Positions 35,169 through 47,529 of a DNA stretch of 64,000 bases are shown here, one piece after another (the stretch's first letter is position 1; each line of letters starts with the position of its first letter). Position numbers and translations under genes: made by a program. Source of the stretch: Blepharisma stoltei ATCC 30299 (lineage: Eukaryota > Protista > Ciliophora); assembly GCA_965603825.1 (NCBI GenBank), contig CBFDEM010000006.1:1-64000 (forward strand), given 5' to 3'. Below the pieces are notes generated by a model, which worked only from the letters and a program-made list of their open reading frames with translations, did no database searches and was not told the origin of the DNA.

Positions 35169-36602
35169 ATGGAAGAAAACCTCAACGAGTACCACCCAAT
35201 CCAAAAGAAGCCAATTTTCAAACGAGTAAAACGAACCTTTAAGCTAGCAAGCATGTTTTCTTATAGTATTCTTATAACACAAATTCAAGAGCTAATCGTG
35301 ATGTGGTTCATTGGTAACTACCTCGGGGCCAAAGAACTCGAAGCATTCGGAATAAGCTCAATCTGGGTCGAGCTGACAGCTACTTCAGTCTTCATCGGAA
35401 TTTCTGGAGCTATTGACACTTTATGCTCCCAAGCCCACGGAGTTGAAAATATCAGGCTCCAGACCCTTATTTTACACAAGTCTTTATTTATGGGTTTTCT
35501 TTGCTGTATCCCATCAGCAATCACATGGGGTTTCAGTACCCAAATATTTGATATATTTGGCCTAGAATGCAGCGAAGAAGCTGGGGAATATTTAAGATAT
35601 TTTATTTATGCAATGCCAGCGAAATGTATATATGAAATTGTTAGTCATTTTATGTTCACACAATATGTTTTAATCCCTGAATTTATTTGTAGCTCTACAG
35701 ATACCCCTCTGCAGATTCTTCTTAACTATCTGTTAGTCCCTGCATATGGTATGAAAGGCGCTGCAATTGCAGGAGGTATATGTGCATGGGTCAGGCTTGG
35801 GATTTTTTTTATATCACTTTTTATTATGAAATGCCATAAAAATAACTGATCTGGCTTTGATTTTTCCAATTTTTTTGATAATTGGGGAGAATTAGTGAAA
35901 CTTTCAGTTTCTTCGACAGCACATATATTTGTGGAATGGACTGCGTTTGAGATTTCTGCATTATTTGCGGCTTGGATTAATGATGGAGATGTAAGTTTGG
36001 CTGCGTGGGTTATATTACTAAAAGTTTTATTAATAGAAGAGACTATTTCTACAGGGTTTGGAGAAGCTGCAGCTACTTTAATTGGTAATAGCGTGACAAA
36101 GCTGAAAATAAGCCTATCAAAACAATATATGAAAATCAGTATAATCCTTAGTGCTTTAGTGAATGGAATGATATTGTTAGCTTTGTTTATCAGTAGGTAT
36201 GAGTTTGGAAAATTATTTTTTATGATGGATGAGGATGACTCCAGCGAAGATATAGTGAGAAAAATCGGCGATATTTTCCCGCTATATGCAATTATATATG
36301 CTTCTGATAGTATATATTTAGTAATTGTTGGGGCGATGAGGGCTTTAGGTAAGCAGCCTTTAAATTTAGTTATTGCAATAGGGGCTGATTTAATAGTAGG
36401 AGTTCCATCACAGTATATATTTGGAATTTTAATTGGACTAGAATTGGGTGGAATAATCCTTGGGATCATGATCTGCTATATCATAGAAATCGCTCCCCTG
36501 TTTTACATTTTTGCAAAGCTAGATTGGAATAAAGAATCCCAAATAGCCCGACTAAGGTCACTTGAAGAGAATAATGAAAAAGGCATAGAATTATTAGATT
36601 AA
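35169..36602 (+). CDS. MATE family efflux transporter, 477 aa, 1 TGA=Trp
   Basis: GISGAIDTLCSQAHG, GMKGAAIA, N-W-SGF (TGA 35847-35849), EWTAFE, GAMRALGKQ. Confidence 0.9.
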
Positions 36603-36610
36603 ATAACGCA

Positions 36611-37582
36611 TTATAATAAAAGACTCCATGATTTAGTTCTTAAATTACGACGCTTTTTTGACTGAGTAAACTCAAATTCAATATGGCAGAATAAGGTGTC
36701 AATCACCCATTTTCCAAATCTTTTGGCGTATGCGATTGTAAAGAAAAATAATCCAGCCCATCCTAGAATCATAAACTTTTCCCAATCTTCTGAGTTTCCA
36801 TCTAAAAATAAAGCTAAAAATGTAACTGAGCCACTTCCGCATATCGACCCAATAATAGAAAACGCCACAAGCAATTTCGCCATTCTTCCACTTTTTTCAA
36901 CCAAGAAAAAGAAACAAATAACTAGATGTGTTATAAAAAACAGCCATAAAGGCGCCAAAGAAATCCTCCACGGAATAAAATAGTCATAGTCTTCTCTCCA
37001 AATAAAAATAAATATTTCAGAAAGCCCTAAAACATTTAAAATAAGCCAATATCACGTATGAGACGTTTCTAAGAAAATAACTTTCAGAGCAGAAACCAGG
37101 CAAAGGATAATTAAAGGGGAGGAAATTGTGGCTACTGAATGAATTAAAATGCTTTTTTTGGTGGTTTCTATATAAAAAATTGACAAAATAAGCGTAATTT
37201 CAAATAAAGTTGAAACAAAAATATTCCGCAGAAGAATTCCTGTCACTGAGCGATGCCAAGTAGCCATTCCATTTTTTCGCTTCACAAGCAAGTAAATTAC
37301 AACCCCCAGCATTGTGCTGCATAAAACCGCGATTTCTCCTGCCAGAAATATCAGAGGGACAAGAGATAGCTCGTATTTTCTATGATCTTTCATAAACTAT
37401 ATATAAGATACTATAAGAATCCAAAAAGAAATCAAAAAATGAGACGCTGCGAAAAGGCCAATAAAGATCTGCAAAAAGAATCTGAGTTTTGGGTGCTGCT
37501 CAATTTTGTGCCGTCATCTTATGCATGGACTGGTATTACGGTTTTGTCTTGGCTTGATTAAAGGCTGTTTTTTGGAGTCCAT
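36611..37582 (-). CDS. Hypothetical multi-pass membrane protein, 318 aa; join complement(36611..37396,37412..37582)
   Basis: ATG 37582, two TGA=Trp and one 15-nt intron give a single frame with about 8 hydrophobic segments. Confidence 0.7.
37397..37411 (-). other. 15-nt intron GTATCTTATATATAG
   Basis: TA at 9-10; the terminal TAG is an in-frame stop if retained. Confidence 0.8.
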
Positions 37583-37678
37583 CTATAATAAAAGTTTGGA
37601 ATTAATTAAATAAAAATAACTGGCGATAAGCTATTATCATTAGCTACAAGTTATCATATGGAAATATATGTTGATTGT

Positions 37679-38269
37679 TTACCCTTTTCTCCTGAAGTTC
37701 TTCAGGGCTTTTTTATTCTTTTTTCTATTCATAATGCTTCTGATTTTCAATTCTTCTATTTTACTCCTTGTCTTTTTATTTTTCTTTCTTTTCTGCTTGA
37801 CTTGCTCATTTTTCATTATCTTTTTCTCAATGAAAATCTCTTCTTTATCCGCCTTATAAGGCTCCTTACAAACTGTATGTCCTTTGCCCTTACACAAATA
37901 GCAGGTAGCTTCAGCAAGTTTATTTTCTTCTATTGGCTCATCCCTTACCATACATGTTTCTTGTGTGTGTCCAATCATTTTGCAAATTTTGCAGCTTAAA
38001 TAGAATTTTGAATTGCAGAGTCTTGCAGGGTGTCCAATCTAAGTAAGGTTTACCCCTTTGCATTTGTGACAGGTAACTTGGTAGCATTGCCCATGTCTAT
38101 GGTCTTTGTCTGAACAAAAAATGCATGGGAATTTTCTGATCTTGTGGATGCATTTATACTCCATATGGCCATACTCATAGCACTTGGTACAAAAAAGCGT
38201 GGCTTCTTCATTTTTCTCAAAGTCCTTGCTGGACATTTGAGTTTTAAATAAGATATCACCAGCTTCCAT
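37679..38269 (-). CDS. Multi-CCHC zinc-knuckle protein (Air1/2 / ZCCHC7-like), 191 aa; join complement(37679..38038,38054..38269)
   Basis: Five knuckles: CTKCYEYGHMEYKC, CIFCSDKDHRHGQC, CHKCKG^IGHPARLC, CKICKMIGHTQETC, CYLCKGKGHTVC; basic tail. Confidence 0.8.
38039..38053 (-). other. 15-nt intron GTAAACCTTACTTAG
   Basis: Removal restores exact CX2CX4HX4C spacing; in-frame TAG if retained. Confidence 0.92.
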
Positions 38270-38304
38270 ATTTAAAAAGCAATTAAAATCCTCAAATATT
38301 TAAG

Positions 38305-39558
38305 TTAGTGCCTAGTCATAACTTGTATAAACTTGTCATATCTTTCTTTGTCGAAATACTTGCTAAGCTTCACCTTAGGTACCCATGCATAATCGTCATA
38401 AATATCATTATTTACCAGCTTAATGTCTCCTTTTTCGTGAATTGACCTGAAATAAAATATTTTTCTTCCTTTAACTTTCTTTATGAGTGGGTCGAGGTTT
38501 TTTTTCATATCGTATTTCTTCTGGAGCATTTTGATTAGATCTTCTTCTTTCGCTTTTGGCATAAGGATTTTTAGTCTATTAAAATAAAGATCATACACAT
38601 CCTCGTCAAAATTTATAGGCCTATCTCTTTCAGTTACTTCTGGGTATGCTTCTGTGTCAACAATAAACGGTTTTGGGGTTATATGATGCACTTTGAGGTT
38701 TTTTCCGAACAGATTTTCTACAAGATTGATCCTCGTTTGATGAAAACTGTTCATCCCAAATACAGTGGCACTTGGAAATTCCCATTTTTGTGTCGCTTTA
38801 TTTTTCAGCAGAAGCCAAACTCTGTAGCCTCCAGCGTATCCAATGCTATGTGGGTCTGCTTCGTCAGGGTCTGCTTCTAGCCAATGCTTAGAATTAGGTA
38901 CAGGCTCATAGCCTCTTATAGGCTTTCCTTCATCCAAGTCCTTTTCTAGCTTTAACAACCTGGTAGATGTAAGATCGTCGTCGTCATCTTCGATGTCTTC
39001 ATACTCAAAGCTTTCGTCAAATTTCGCCAATAGCCCATGCTTCCTCATAGTCCTGAACCTCAGTTTTGCCCATTCAACATCTTTATCGTGCCCAAGTGCC
39101 CATATAGGATTCCTCACAAGCATTAGTCCAGTGAAAACTTCGCATTCGTCATTGGTCAGCATTCTCCAGGTCGATTTTATTGCAATTCTTTTCTTTTTTA
39201 GGTCTTTTTCGCCTTTTGCCCATTCGAGTGTCATTCGCTTGGCTGCTCTTTGTCGCTCATCTAATGCCATTGCAGGCCTTTGAAGATAAGGTGGTAAATG
39301 CTTATAGAAATGAGGCTTAAGGTCTTGAATGTCCCATAAATCCTCTAGCTCAGGCATTTTGAATAGTGGATCATTTGCAGTGACTTTTGCCCACTCTTCA
39401 GGAGTCAAGTGCTTTTTGAACTCTTTCATACTGAAGGCTTCATAATTGCGGGCATCATCATAATCTGTGCCAATTTTGCCGATTTTTTCATAGGTTTCCA
39501 TGTTGTACAAGTCACTAGAAGAAAATCTTCGCAAGAGTCTCAGAGAGATTTTGATCAT
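38305..39558 (-). CDS. Mitochondrial ribosomal protein mL46-like
   Basis: Mitochondrial-type presequence MIKISLRLLRRFSS; EAD...DPHSI....RVWLLLK....WEFP; KIFYFRS; DYAWV (NUDIX-like fold of mL46). Confidence 0.72.
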   Translation of the reverse strand: MIKISLRLLRRFSSSDLYNMETYEKIGKIGTDYDDARNYEAFSMKEFKKHLTPEEWAKVTANDPLFKMPELEDLWDIQDLKPHFYKHLPPYLQRPAMALDERQRAAKRMTLEWAKGEKDLKKKRIAIKSTWRMLTNDECEVFTGLMLVRNPIWALGHDKDVEWAKLRFRTMRKHGLLAKFDESFEYEDIEDDDDDLTSTRLLKLEKDLDEGKPIRGYEPVPNSKHWLEADPDEADPHSIGYAGGYRVWLLLKNKATQKWEFPSATVFGMNSFHQTRINLVENLFGKNLKVHHITPKPFIVDTEAYPEVTERDRPINFDEDVYDLYFNRLKILMPKAKEEDLIKMLQKKYDMKKNLDPLIKKVKGRKIFYFRSIHEKGDIKLVNNDIYDDYAWVPKVKLSKYFDKERYDKFIQVMTRH

Positions 39559-40079
39559 TATGAAGATATAAAATAAATAAAATGATAGGGAAATTAAAGA
39601 GTTTTATATGAAGAAAAGGTTTTCGAAGTATTTGTGGTATCGCTTTGGACTATATGATTAATTTTTAGCTGCTTTATAGTAATTAGCTAAATGCCAAATT
39701 TTTGATATACAAATTCTATCAATAAGTCTTATTTTCTCAGCCGAATTAATAACAAACTTATTAGTATTTTGGTGATTCAATTAAAAACAAAATAGTTTTT
39801 AAAATCTGTATATTTTGCTAACTTTTTTGTCAAATATAGTTTCATTTTCTTATTAAGAATTTTTACTATTTTCACAGCAAACATTCATGAAAGATTATTA
39901 TATAGCAGTTAACTTAGACGACTCAGAATTGTCTCTAATATTATCATTCCAAATCAATCTTTTCTCCATCATTTTCAATAAACAAGTTTTAATCTAATCT
40001 TATCTGAGCCGTTTACAAAAATTACAAAACCATCTATTTACCGATTCTTTAACACTTGATAATCCTTCTGTATTAATTA

Positions 40080-40538
40080 TTAGCACTTTTCGTCCTCGAA
40101 AATCCAATTAAACGTCTTTGGACTCCTTCCTCCTGCATAACTTACAAAGCTTGCATCATTTGCAGGTCTTGATTTCCTAGTTGCACTTGATAGCATCGAC
40201 TGTATGCTCATGACGACCGAGCTTACTTTCATAGAAGGTGACCAATCATCATAGAGAATTGACAGACAAATATAGCCGTTTGAATACACATGCTCGTGGT
40301 GAGGGTATGCTCCTCTGAAAATTACGTCTGGAGCTTCTATTGGGTAATTATCACTGAACCTGAATTCCAATGTATACCTTTCGCCTGCAAAAATGCTGCC
40401 TTCAGCTCCTATAAAGCTTACATACCATGTCATGCGGTTAGTGTCATTTTCTGGGATTTCGACTGGGAAAGTGTCTTGGTAATGGCGAGTCATTTCTTCG
40501 AATTCTCTTTGGAGACGCTTCTGAGCTCTGCTAAGCAT
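40080..40538 (-). CDS. UBE2W: Ubiquitin-conjugating enzyme E2 W
   Basis: RAQKRLQRE, YPIEAP, HEHVYSNGYICLSILYDDWSPSM, SIQSMLSS, C-terminal WIFEDEKC. Confidence 0.88.
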   Translation of the reverse strand: MLSRAQKRLQREFEEMTRHYQDTFPVEIPENDTNRMTWYVSFIGAEGSIFAGERYTLEFRFSDNYPIEAPDVIFRGAYPHHEHVYSNGYICLSILYDDWSPSMKVSSVVMSIQSMLSSATRKSRPANDASFVSYAGGRSPKTFNWIFEDEKC

Positions 40539-40706
40539 ATTTTAATTATAGACATTATGTTAAATTGGAAAAGGTGAAATGATAAATATTAGATAAAATA
40601 ATAAATCTGAAGGTTTAGGATATGTAAATTATTTTATTGTTTAAAAAAAATCAATACTTTAATGGCAAATTAATTTAGTTTAAATAAAAAGGCTTTCAAT
40701 TTCAGT

Positions 40707-41528
40707 CTAAAGTATCATTCTTTCCTTATATTTAAGCATCATTCTTCTAAAATCCTTAAAGATTCGCTCCAAATCTCTTGGAGATCTTCTGATTTCTTCA
40801 GCAATTTTGACAGCATCTAAATCCTCCTGAGTTTTTAAGTCTAAAAAATACTTAAAAAATCCTTTCAAAACTCTCCCTTCGCATTCGTCCATTTCTTTAA
40901 GTTTATTTGCCGTCCATTTCATTCTTTCCGAGCACTTTTTGACAGCTTTTTCTTGCTGTAAAATAGACCTTGACAAATTTTGGATTTTATTGTCTTGCTG
41001 ATAATTATCATAAGCTTCCTTGAACCTTTTGAATTTCCTTTCTCTTCTTTTTACTAATTTTTCAGGCGACATATAGTCTTTTCTAGTTAAAATTCCTTTT
41101 AAATGCTGGCTTCTGGTATTATTAGGAGATAAAAATCTCATAATTCTTTCTGTGCATAGCTGCTCAATAGAGCTTTCTTTGTTTATGGAAGGCAGAAGAT
41201 AGGATTTATTCATTAAGTTTGATTTTTTGTTAAAAATTTGAATGCTTTCGTTAATTTTGTAGCTTTTTGAAGCAGGCTTAAGGTCTGAAGTATTTTCTTG
41301 TTTGGTGAGAAAACCTCTTAAAGTGAGGTCTTTTTTAATTATATTTCCAGGACTGACTGATCTTGCTGCAAATCTTCCAATATTTACATCAGAAACTTTA
41401 TCATAAATATAATCAACAACGTCTAAGCCATTAATTGGGGATTTTGGGCACTTCTTTATTTTAGGCAAACTCTTCAAATTAATATTGTTTCCATGCTCAT
41501 TAATCCCTACCTCCCCTTGAGCTTTCAT
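40707..41528 (-). CDS. Hypothetical basic protein, 273 aa
   Basis: Clean ATG-TAG ORF; no domain recognised. Confidence 0.72.
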   Translation of the reverse strand: MKAQGEVGINEHGNNINLKSLPKIKKCPKSPINGLDVVDYIYDKVSDVNIGRFAARSVSPGNIIKKDLTLRGFLTKQENTSDLKPASKSYKINESIQIFNKKSNLMNKSYLLPSINKESSIEQLCTERIMRFLSPNNTRSQHLKGILTRKDYMSPEKLVKRRERKFKRFKEAYDNYQQDNKIQNLSRSILQQEKAVKKCSERMKWTANKLKEMDECEGRVLKGFFKYFLDLKTQEDLDAVKIAEEIRRSPRDLERIFKDFRRMMLKYKERMIL

Positions 41529-41579
41529 TTTTTATGTAAGAATTTTCTTCAACCGATAATTTGTTATAATTCTTATAAA

Positions 41580-42059
41580 ATGTCTGAGTCAATCAAAGAC
41601 ACAATGTCAGCGCCTTTCTTCAAGACTACTAGAGTAAACTCGTGCCAGTACGTCTCTGCTTCAAATGGCCAAGCACGAGCAGTTTCCTTCCCTTGCAAGA
41701 AAACAGGGTATAAAGCCAAAAACTCCTGGACTAACCAACGACGCTCGTCTGAAGTCGTATCGCACGCAGGCGCCACTTATCAGACTTTCCCCAACATGCA
41801 TGTAGGTATGAATAAAAAGCCTCTGGTGCCTTATCATCCTGATTCTTATAGAAACCGTTTGCCACAAACTGATTTCATTGCACCTTATAAAAATTCCAGC
41901 CAAATTGAAATCGGAGATAGGTCCAGCTATAACAGCAAAAGCGTTTTCAGAACGACTTATCAAGCTATGCTATTTAAGCCAGATATGAACGATTACACCT
42001 CGAATCAGGGAATCATTGCGGAAAAGACCAAGTGGACTAAAACTAGAATAAATGATTAA
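41580..42059 (+). CDS. Hypothetical protein, 159 aa (possible ciliary microtubule-associated protein)
   Basis: ATG 41580 in TATAAAATG context; the track ORF extension overlaps the divergent gene and is unlikely. Contains FRTTYQ-type motifs. Confidence 0.72.
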   Translation: MSESIKDTMSAPFFKTTRVNSCQYVSASNGQARAVSFPCKKTGYKAKNSWTNQRRSSEVVSHAGATYQTFPNMHVGMNKKPLVPYHPDSYRNRLPQTDFIAPYKNSSQIEIGDRSSYNSKSVFRTTYQAMLFKPDMNDYTSNQGIIAEKTKWTKTRIND

Positions 42060-42260
42060 ATTGAAAATGGGTTGAAACTATTAATTTCTGCATTAGGCTT
42101 ATAATTGTAAGAATTTTTTAAATATTGGGATTTTTATTAGAAAATTTTGTAATGATGAGATGAAGGATTTTGAAGGAAGAAATTTTAATATTGTGGAGAA
42201 ATTTTTGAATTGGTTTTGATATAAAAAGTGAATAAGTTTTTTATCCCATATTATCTCAAT

Positions 42261-42848
42261 ATGGAAAAGTTTAGGGATTGGTCTCGAACTTTAGGTATTT
42301 TAGTTGGACTTGCAGCAGTTATTCTTGAATTCAAAGAAATTGGCTTTAAAGTTTTAATATATTTGACTATTTGGACACTCATAATCAATACATCATCTCT
42401 CCTCATTTTGAAGCTCGATTTAGGAAGTCAAAATCTTCAACAAGCCCTTGTGATTGTTTCATGAATCTTAGGATTTAACGTTTCTCTATTATTTTGGCTC
42501 TATGTTTATCCTATGATTGGAGATAGCGTCAAACTTCCTCCTGTATGGCACCTTAGTCTAGATCATGGAATCCTGCTACTTTTCTTTATCCCTGAAGCCT
42601 TGAATCCAAAAATTTCCTTCAATTTTCGAGATTTCTTTAAAGCGATATATGTGATGCTGGCTTATCTACTTGTAGTCATGGTCCCTTGCGCTCTTAAAGG
42701 AATCGTTATATATCCCGGGCTGTCATTCAATAACTCTTTTACATTGATCATTGTAGGAGTCAATATTGGAACTGTGGTTAGTGGATATTATATAGGAAAG
42801 TATCTTAATGAAGGCTACAGCGGCAAAAAGGCTATAAAAATTCAATAA
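42261..42848 (+). CDS. FAR-17a/AIG1-like membrane protein, 195 aa, 1 TGA=Trp
   Basis: Two track ORFs are in frame across TGA 42462-42464; YLTIWT, LLFWL, DHG and IYP motifs with about 6 TM helices. Confidence 0.7.
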
Positions 42849-43015
42849 TTTAGATACATTTATTTTCATTTTGAGGGATTAATAACAAAAGAATTGTTTT
42901 GCGTGTATGGTTTCTTGAATTATTTCAAAAAATTGCAATTTTTCTAACTTTCCTAAATTTCTCTCTTATAATATAGGCGGCAATATTAAATTTACCCCTA
43001 ATTAAATATTTACTA

Positions 43016-43738
43016 ATGGACATTGTGACTTTTCTTTTTCTCCTCGCTATTGGACTGGTTTCAGTCTATATTTTCAAAACTTTCTTAAAGAGAAAAGCTA
43101 CCATAGTTACCAAACAACCAGTTCGTGATGAATTCACTGAAATTAGAGAAATGCTTTCAGGAGGTAACGAAGGCTGGACCGCTTATAAAGACACTCCACA
43201 AGTGTCAGTTTGGGTAAAAAACTCAGAATCTTCTGCATTTGTGGTTATTAAAGGGAGAATTGTGCTAGAAAGCACCACAGCAAAGAGGGTATTCCATGCG
43301 ATTTGGGATCCTAGCTTTAGACAAACATGGGATGATGTCTTGTCTGATTACAAGGTTATTGAAGAATATACAGATTATTCTGATCTAACTTATTATTATG
43401 CCAAAAGTCCTATGCCTTTTATGGTTGGTCATAGGGAATTCATACAAGTCAGAAGCTATAAAGTCGAGGACGGGGATTATTTTGTGCTTTATAGGCATGC
43501 AGATAAGGAAGATATTCCAGTCAAGAAGGATTGTGTAAGAGCAGTCACTATCATCTCAGGAAATATCATAGGGAAAGGAGATGCGCCGAATACAGTTGTA
43601 ATGGACTTCATTAGCCAAAATGATGTCAAAGGAAACATTCCGCCACAGCTGACAAACACTTTTGCGCCCGGCAAATGCTTTGATTGGCTTAAAAAGCTTG
43701 TTAAAGCGGTAAATAATGTCCCAGATGATATTCAATAG
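43016..43738 (+). CDS. START-domain lipid-transfer protein with N-terminal membrane anchor
   Basis: RQTWDD, YYYAKSP....HREF, VRA, ISQNDVKGNIP. Confidence 0.88.
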   Translation: MDIVTFLFLLAIGLVSVYIFKTFLKRKATIVTKQPVRDEFTEIREMLSGGNEGWTAYKDTPQVSVWVKNSESSAFVVIKGRIVLESTTAKRVFHAIWDPSFRQTWDDVLSDYKVIEEYTDYSDLTYYYAKSPMPFMVGHREFIQVRSYKVEDGDYFVLYRHADKEDIPVKKDCVRAVTIISGNIIGKGDAPNTVVMDFISQNDVKGNIPPQLTNTFAPGKCFDWLKKLVKAVNNVPDDIQ

Positions 43739-44171
43739 AATAAGTAATAAAATATTGAGTGACTTAAGGCAATGAATTGTGGCGAATTAAAATGATCCAA
43801 TAATAAAATAAACATGAGTGCCATATTAATCAAGATTGATTTGGGACAATAAATTAACTATTTTTCGCATTTAATTGTGACTAGAAAATATTATTAGCAA
43901 TAAAAATAAAAAACAAAGCAATTAGAATTTGAATTTAATTTTAAAAATATAAAAATAATTGTATTAGATTTTATTATATAAAATTAAAAAACGAATATTT
44001 TTGTATTTTATATTAATTCAGAAGTCTTTTATTTATATCTAACACGAAAACCTTAATTTTAATTATTTGAATTCAAAAAATAAAAAACAATGAAGAATTA
44101 CTATGAAGATGTTAAATTGATTGTTAATTTCTATTATGATATATTCCATTGGAAATATTATGCTAATACTT

Positions 44172-44202
44172 GAATGCCACTTTAATTTATGAATTGGCAT
44201 TT
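44172..44202. promoter_or_regulatory. Candidate upstream element as an inverted pair AATGCCA..TGGCATT
   Basis: About 100-125 nt upstream of MFS ATG 44298. Confidence 0.4.
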
Positions 44203-44297
44203 AATTTTTCCATTGTCGAATTAGATCAAAATAAATAAGCATGGACGCTGTAATTTCAACGCAAAATTACATTAATTACCATTATGCTAATTAAAAT

Positions 44298-45785
44298 ATG
44301 GAATCCGAACAGTCTTCAGAATCAAAAGACAAAAGCCGAATTTTAGCTGCAAAATCTGATAGTGAACAATACTCTCCTGGGATCAGTTCCAAAGATTCCG
44401 AACCCAATTCTGAAACGAATATCGATTCTTCACCAACCTCCAGCAAGTTGCTTTGACGAATCTTTTGAAAAGAGAGCAAATACGAGCTATTCGTTATTTA
44501 TACCATAAATATTTTAGTCAGTCTAAATTATTACATTCTTATCACACTGATTCCAATTTATTTCACCAAAGAAAATGCCACAGATTCTGAAGTAGGTATC
44601 ATATTTGGTGCCGTTGGTATATTAATAGGCATTTTCGCGATTATTTTAGGACCTTTTATTAATTCTATAGGCTGCAAAAGAGCCTTAATTATTTCCACTG
44701 CGTTTTCTTTAATTGGATTTACACTTTTATGATTTACAAGAAATATCGTGATAAATCTGTTAGGTGTTGGCTTATTTTTGACGATAGGGCTTTCTATGTC
44801 ATGGCCTGTAGTAGAACTTGGGTCCAAAATTTACACAAAACCAATTGTTTGGAATTTAAGCAATTCAATAATTATGATCGGGAATTTTTTTTCTGGTATC
44901 ATAGCAGGGACTTCTATTGATTATATTTGGTCTAATTATAATGAGGATATTGCTTATCAATTAATTTATGGCACTGCAGTGATGTCAAGCTTTTTTGCTT
45001 TAATAGCTTCAATTCTTATAAGAACGAGCGCTAAATCTGCAGAATATAACGAATCTGAAGAAATTTTGATAACAAAAAATATGTTAAAAACACGGAAATT
45101 TTGAAGATTTGTTGTGCTTATACTTTTGCTGATTTTTATGAGAAGTGGGTGTTTTGGGCATTTGGATGCGACTTTCCCAAAATATTTGCTTAGAAGGGTA
45201 GGCCAAAAGGTACACTTTGGGGCGTATCTAGCTTTACACTCAACTACGATGCTTATAGGCACAATAATTTTTACACCAATCAGCTATATTTGTTCTAGCT
45301 ACCTGCTTATTGCTTTTGGAGGCCTTCTAGGGTCATTTGCTCCCTTTTTTCTAGTCATAGGGTCAAATACTTGAAATTGCGTTTTGTTTGTGATTATTAT
45401 ATCTTTAGGTGAGAGTTTATGGTCTCCAAGACTTCTCGATTACACTCTCAAAATAGCTTCGCCTGGTGAAGAAGGGACATATTTAGCCTTATGCAATTGC
45501 CCTTTTTATTTCTGTATGATTTTAACAGGATCTCTATCAGGAACTTTACTAGAGACTTTTTGCCCTGAAAACAACACATCTCAATGCAACGACATCTGAT
45601 TCGTTATAGGGGCATTTGGGATTTTTATTCCAATTATCTTATTAATTTTTCGATTTTCATTAGAGCAGCCTGAATCGATGCCAAGTCAATGTACATTAGA
45701 AAATGACAATGTCAATATTCTGCAAATTCAAAGATCAGAAGAGTCTAAGACTGTTTCTCCAGAAAAAATTGAAAATAGTAAATAG
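44298..45785 (+). CDS. MFS transporter (POT/peptide-transporter-like), 495 aa, 6 TGA=Trp
   Basis: Single frame from ATG 44298 to TAG 45783-45785 joining three track ORFs; F-W-RF, TFPKYLLR, SLGESLWSPRLLDY...PGEEGTY. Confidence 0.85.
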
Positions 45786-45868
45786 AAAGAAATATTGCTT
45801 CCAATATTGATAAATAATTTGATAATAAAAAAGTTGAGTTTTTAATATTTGTATTTAGATCTAAGAAA

Positions 45869-46831
45869 ATGAGTGCAGAATTTGTTATTGACAGGTACGG
45901 ATTTCGGTCAGCCCCTCAAGCAAGACCACGAAGACCCTCTGACATCATCAGAGAAAACGCTAGAATGGAAAAATGACAAGAAATGCTTCAGAGATGGGAT
46001 TACAATGTCCTCAGGCGCTCAGAATGGGTCAGAAGAAGAATCCGGAAAGGCATCCCAGACTCTTTCCGAGGAAGGGTTTGAGCTGAACTTGCCAATCTAA
46101 AGCAGCTTAAAGAAGAACACGATGCAGGCTACTATAGAAGCCTTGCCGAAACTGTCATAGAAAATAAAGCTACACGTGATATTCAGCTTGACATAAATCG
46201 AACATTTCCAGACAATATTTTATTCAGCAATGAAGGAATCGGCCAGCAAACACTTTTTAGGATTTTAAAAGCTTATGCTCTTCATGACCCTGAAATTGGA
46301 TATTGCCAAGGCATGGGTTTTTTGACTGGATTATTTTTATTTTATATGCCAGAAGAGGATGCGTTTTGGATGCTCATCGCTGTAATGAAAAAATATGAAA
46401 TGAGGGAGTTCTATATGCCTGGGATGCCTGGAGTCTACAAAGCTTTTTATAAGGTAAATGCCTTAATTAAGCAATATCTGCCAGCATTATTCAGACATTT
46501 TGAAGAAATTGGGATTTCACCATCTATGTTTGTGCCTTCCTGGATAATGACTTTGTATATAAATTATTTGCCAACTGAAGTAGCTTTGAGAGTTTTAGAT
46601 GTATTTTTTAATGAGGGACCAAAAATATTATATAGGATTTATATTCTTATTTTTAAAGAAGTTAAGGATGAGCTAGTAGAATTGGCGGCTGACAAAATTT
46701 TTAATAGAGTTAAAACAATACCGGATAGTTTTGATCCTGATGAAACAATTAAAAAAGTCTTCAAAATTTCACTTGGGAGAGCTAGATTGATAGACATAGA
46801 CAAAGAATATGAAAGCTCTCGAGGTAATTAG
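45869..46831 (+). CDS. TBC-domain Rab GAP (TBC1D10/USP6NL-like), 320 aa, 2 TGA=Trp
   Basis: IDRYGF, EK-W, RKGIPDSFRGRV-W (TGA 46079-46081), IQLDINRTFP, GYCQGM, EEDAFW. Confidence 0.92.
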
Positions 46832-47529
46832 ACAGAATTAAATTAATAAAAACATTTTGAAATTTGCTATTTATTGCTGAGTTTATAGCTAAATATGAAT
46901 TGACTATATTGCATATGAAAAGTTCTATTAATTCATATTAAAATTTGCTATAAGATTTCAATAAATATGCTTATAAAAATGATATTTTACATAAAGAATC
47001 TTTAAAAAGGAAAACAGTTGTGTGCAAGATATCAATTTTTTCAAGACTTGGAGCACGTTTTAAGTTATGGACAGACCAAACTCTTTTCCTCAACTCCAGA
47101 CTAAAGATTTACAGTCAGAAGCTCAAATTTTGGAGAAGCAATTCGGTGCCTATAAAATGCAGGTATAAAAGTAGAGTTCTTTTCATCGAATAGGTCCAAA
47201 CTCCCCTATCAGACTGCGATAATATCATTATTTATATACCAGAAAAAGGTCATATACGCAATCTGACTTCGCGCTTGAAACCACCAAGGTAAAGAGGCCT
47301 AAAATTAACTCCAATGGTCCACTCTCATTAGCTAAATCCTATCTATTAGCGCTTACTTTTTTATAAAAGGAAAAATAAATTATTTTAGTATCTAAAATCC
47401 AGCTATTTCTTTATTATTTCTACTATTTTCTTTTACTATTTCAGTAAAAATTAAGTAAAGAGGATCCCAGCAGAGCATTTAATATTAAATAGTTTCCATT
47501 TTTTACCAGTATGAGATGCGCTAAGAAAT

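Noticed and set aside
46601-46615. Intron-like GTATTTTTTAATGAG in the TBC gene
   Set aside because: Ends GAG rather than YAG and encodes the conserved DVFFNEG motif.
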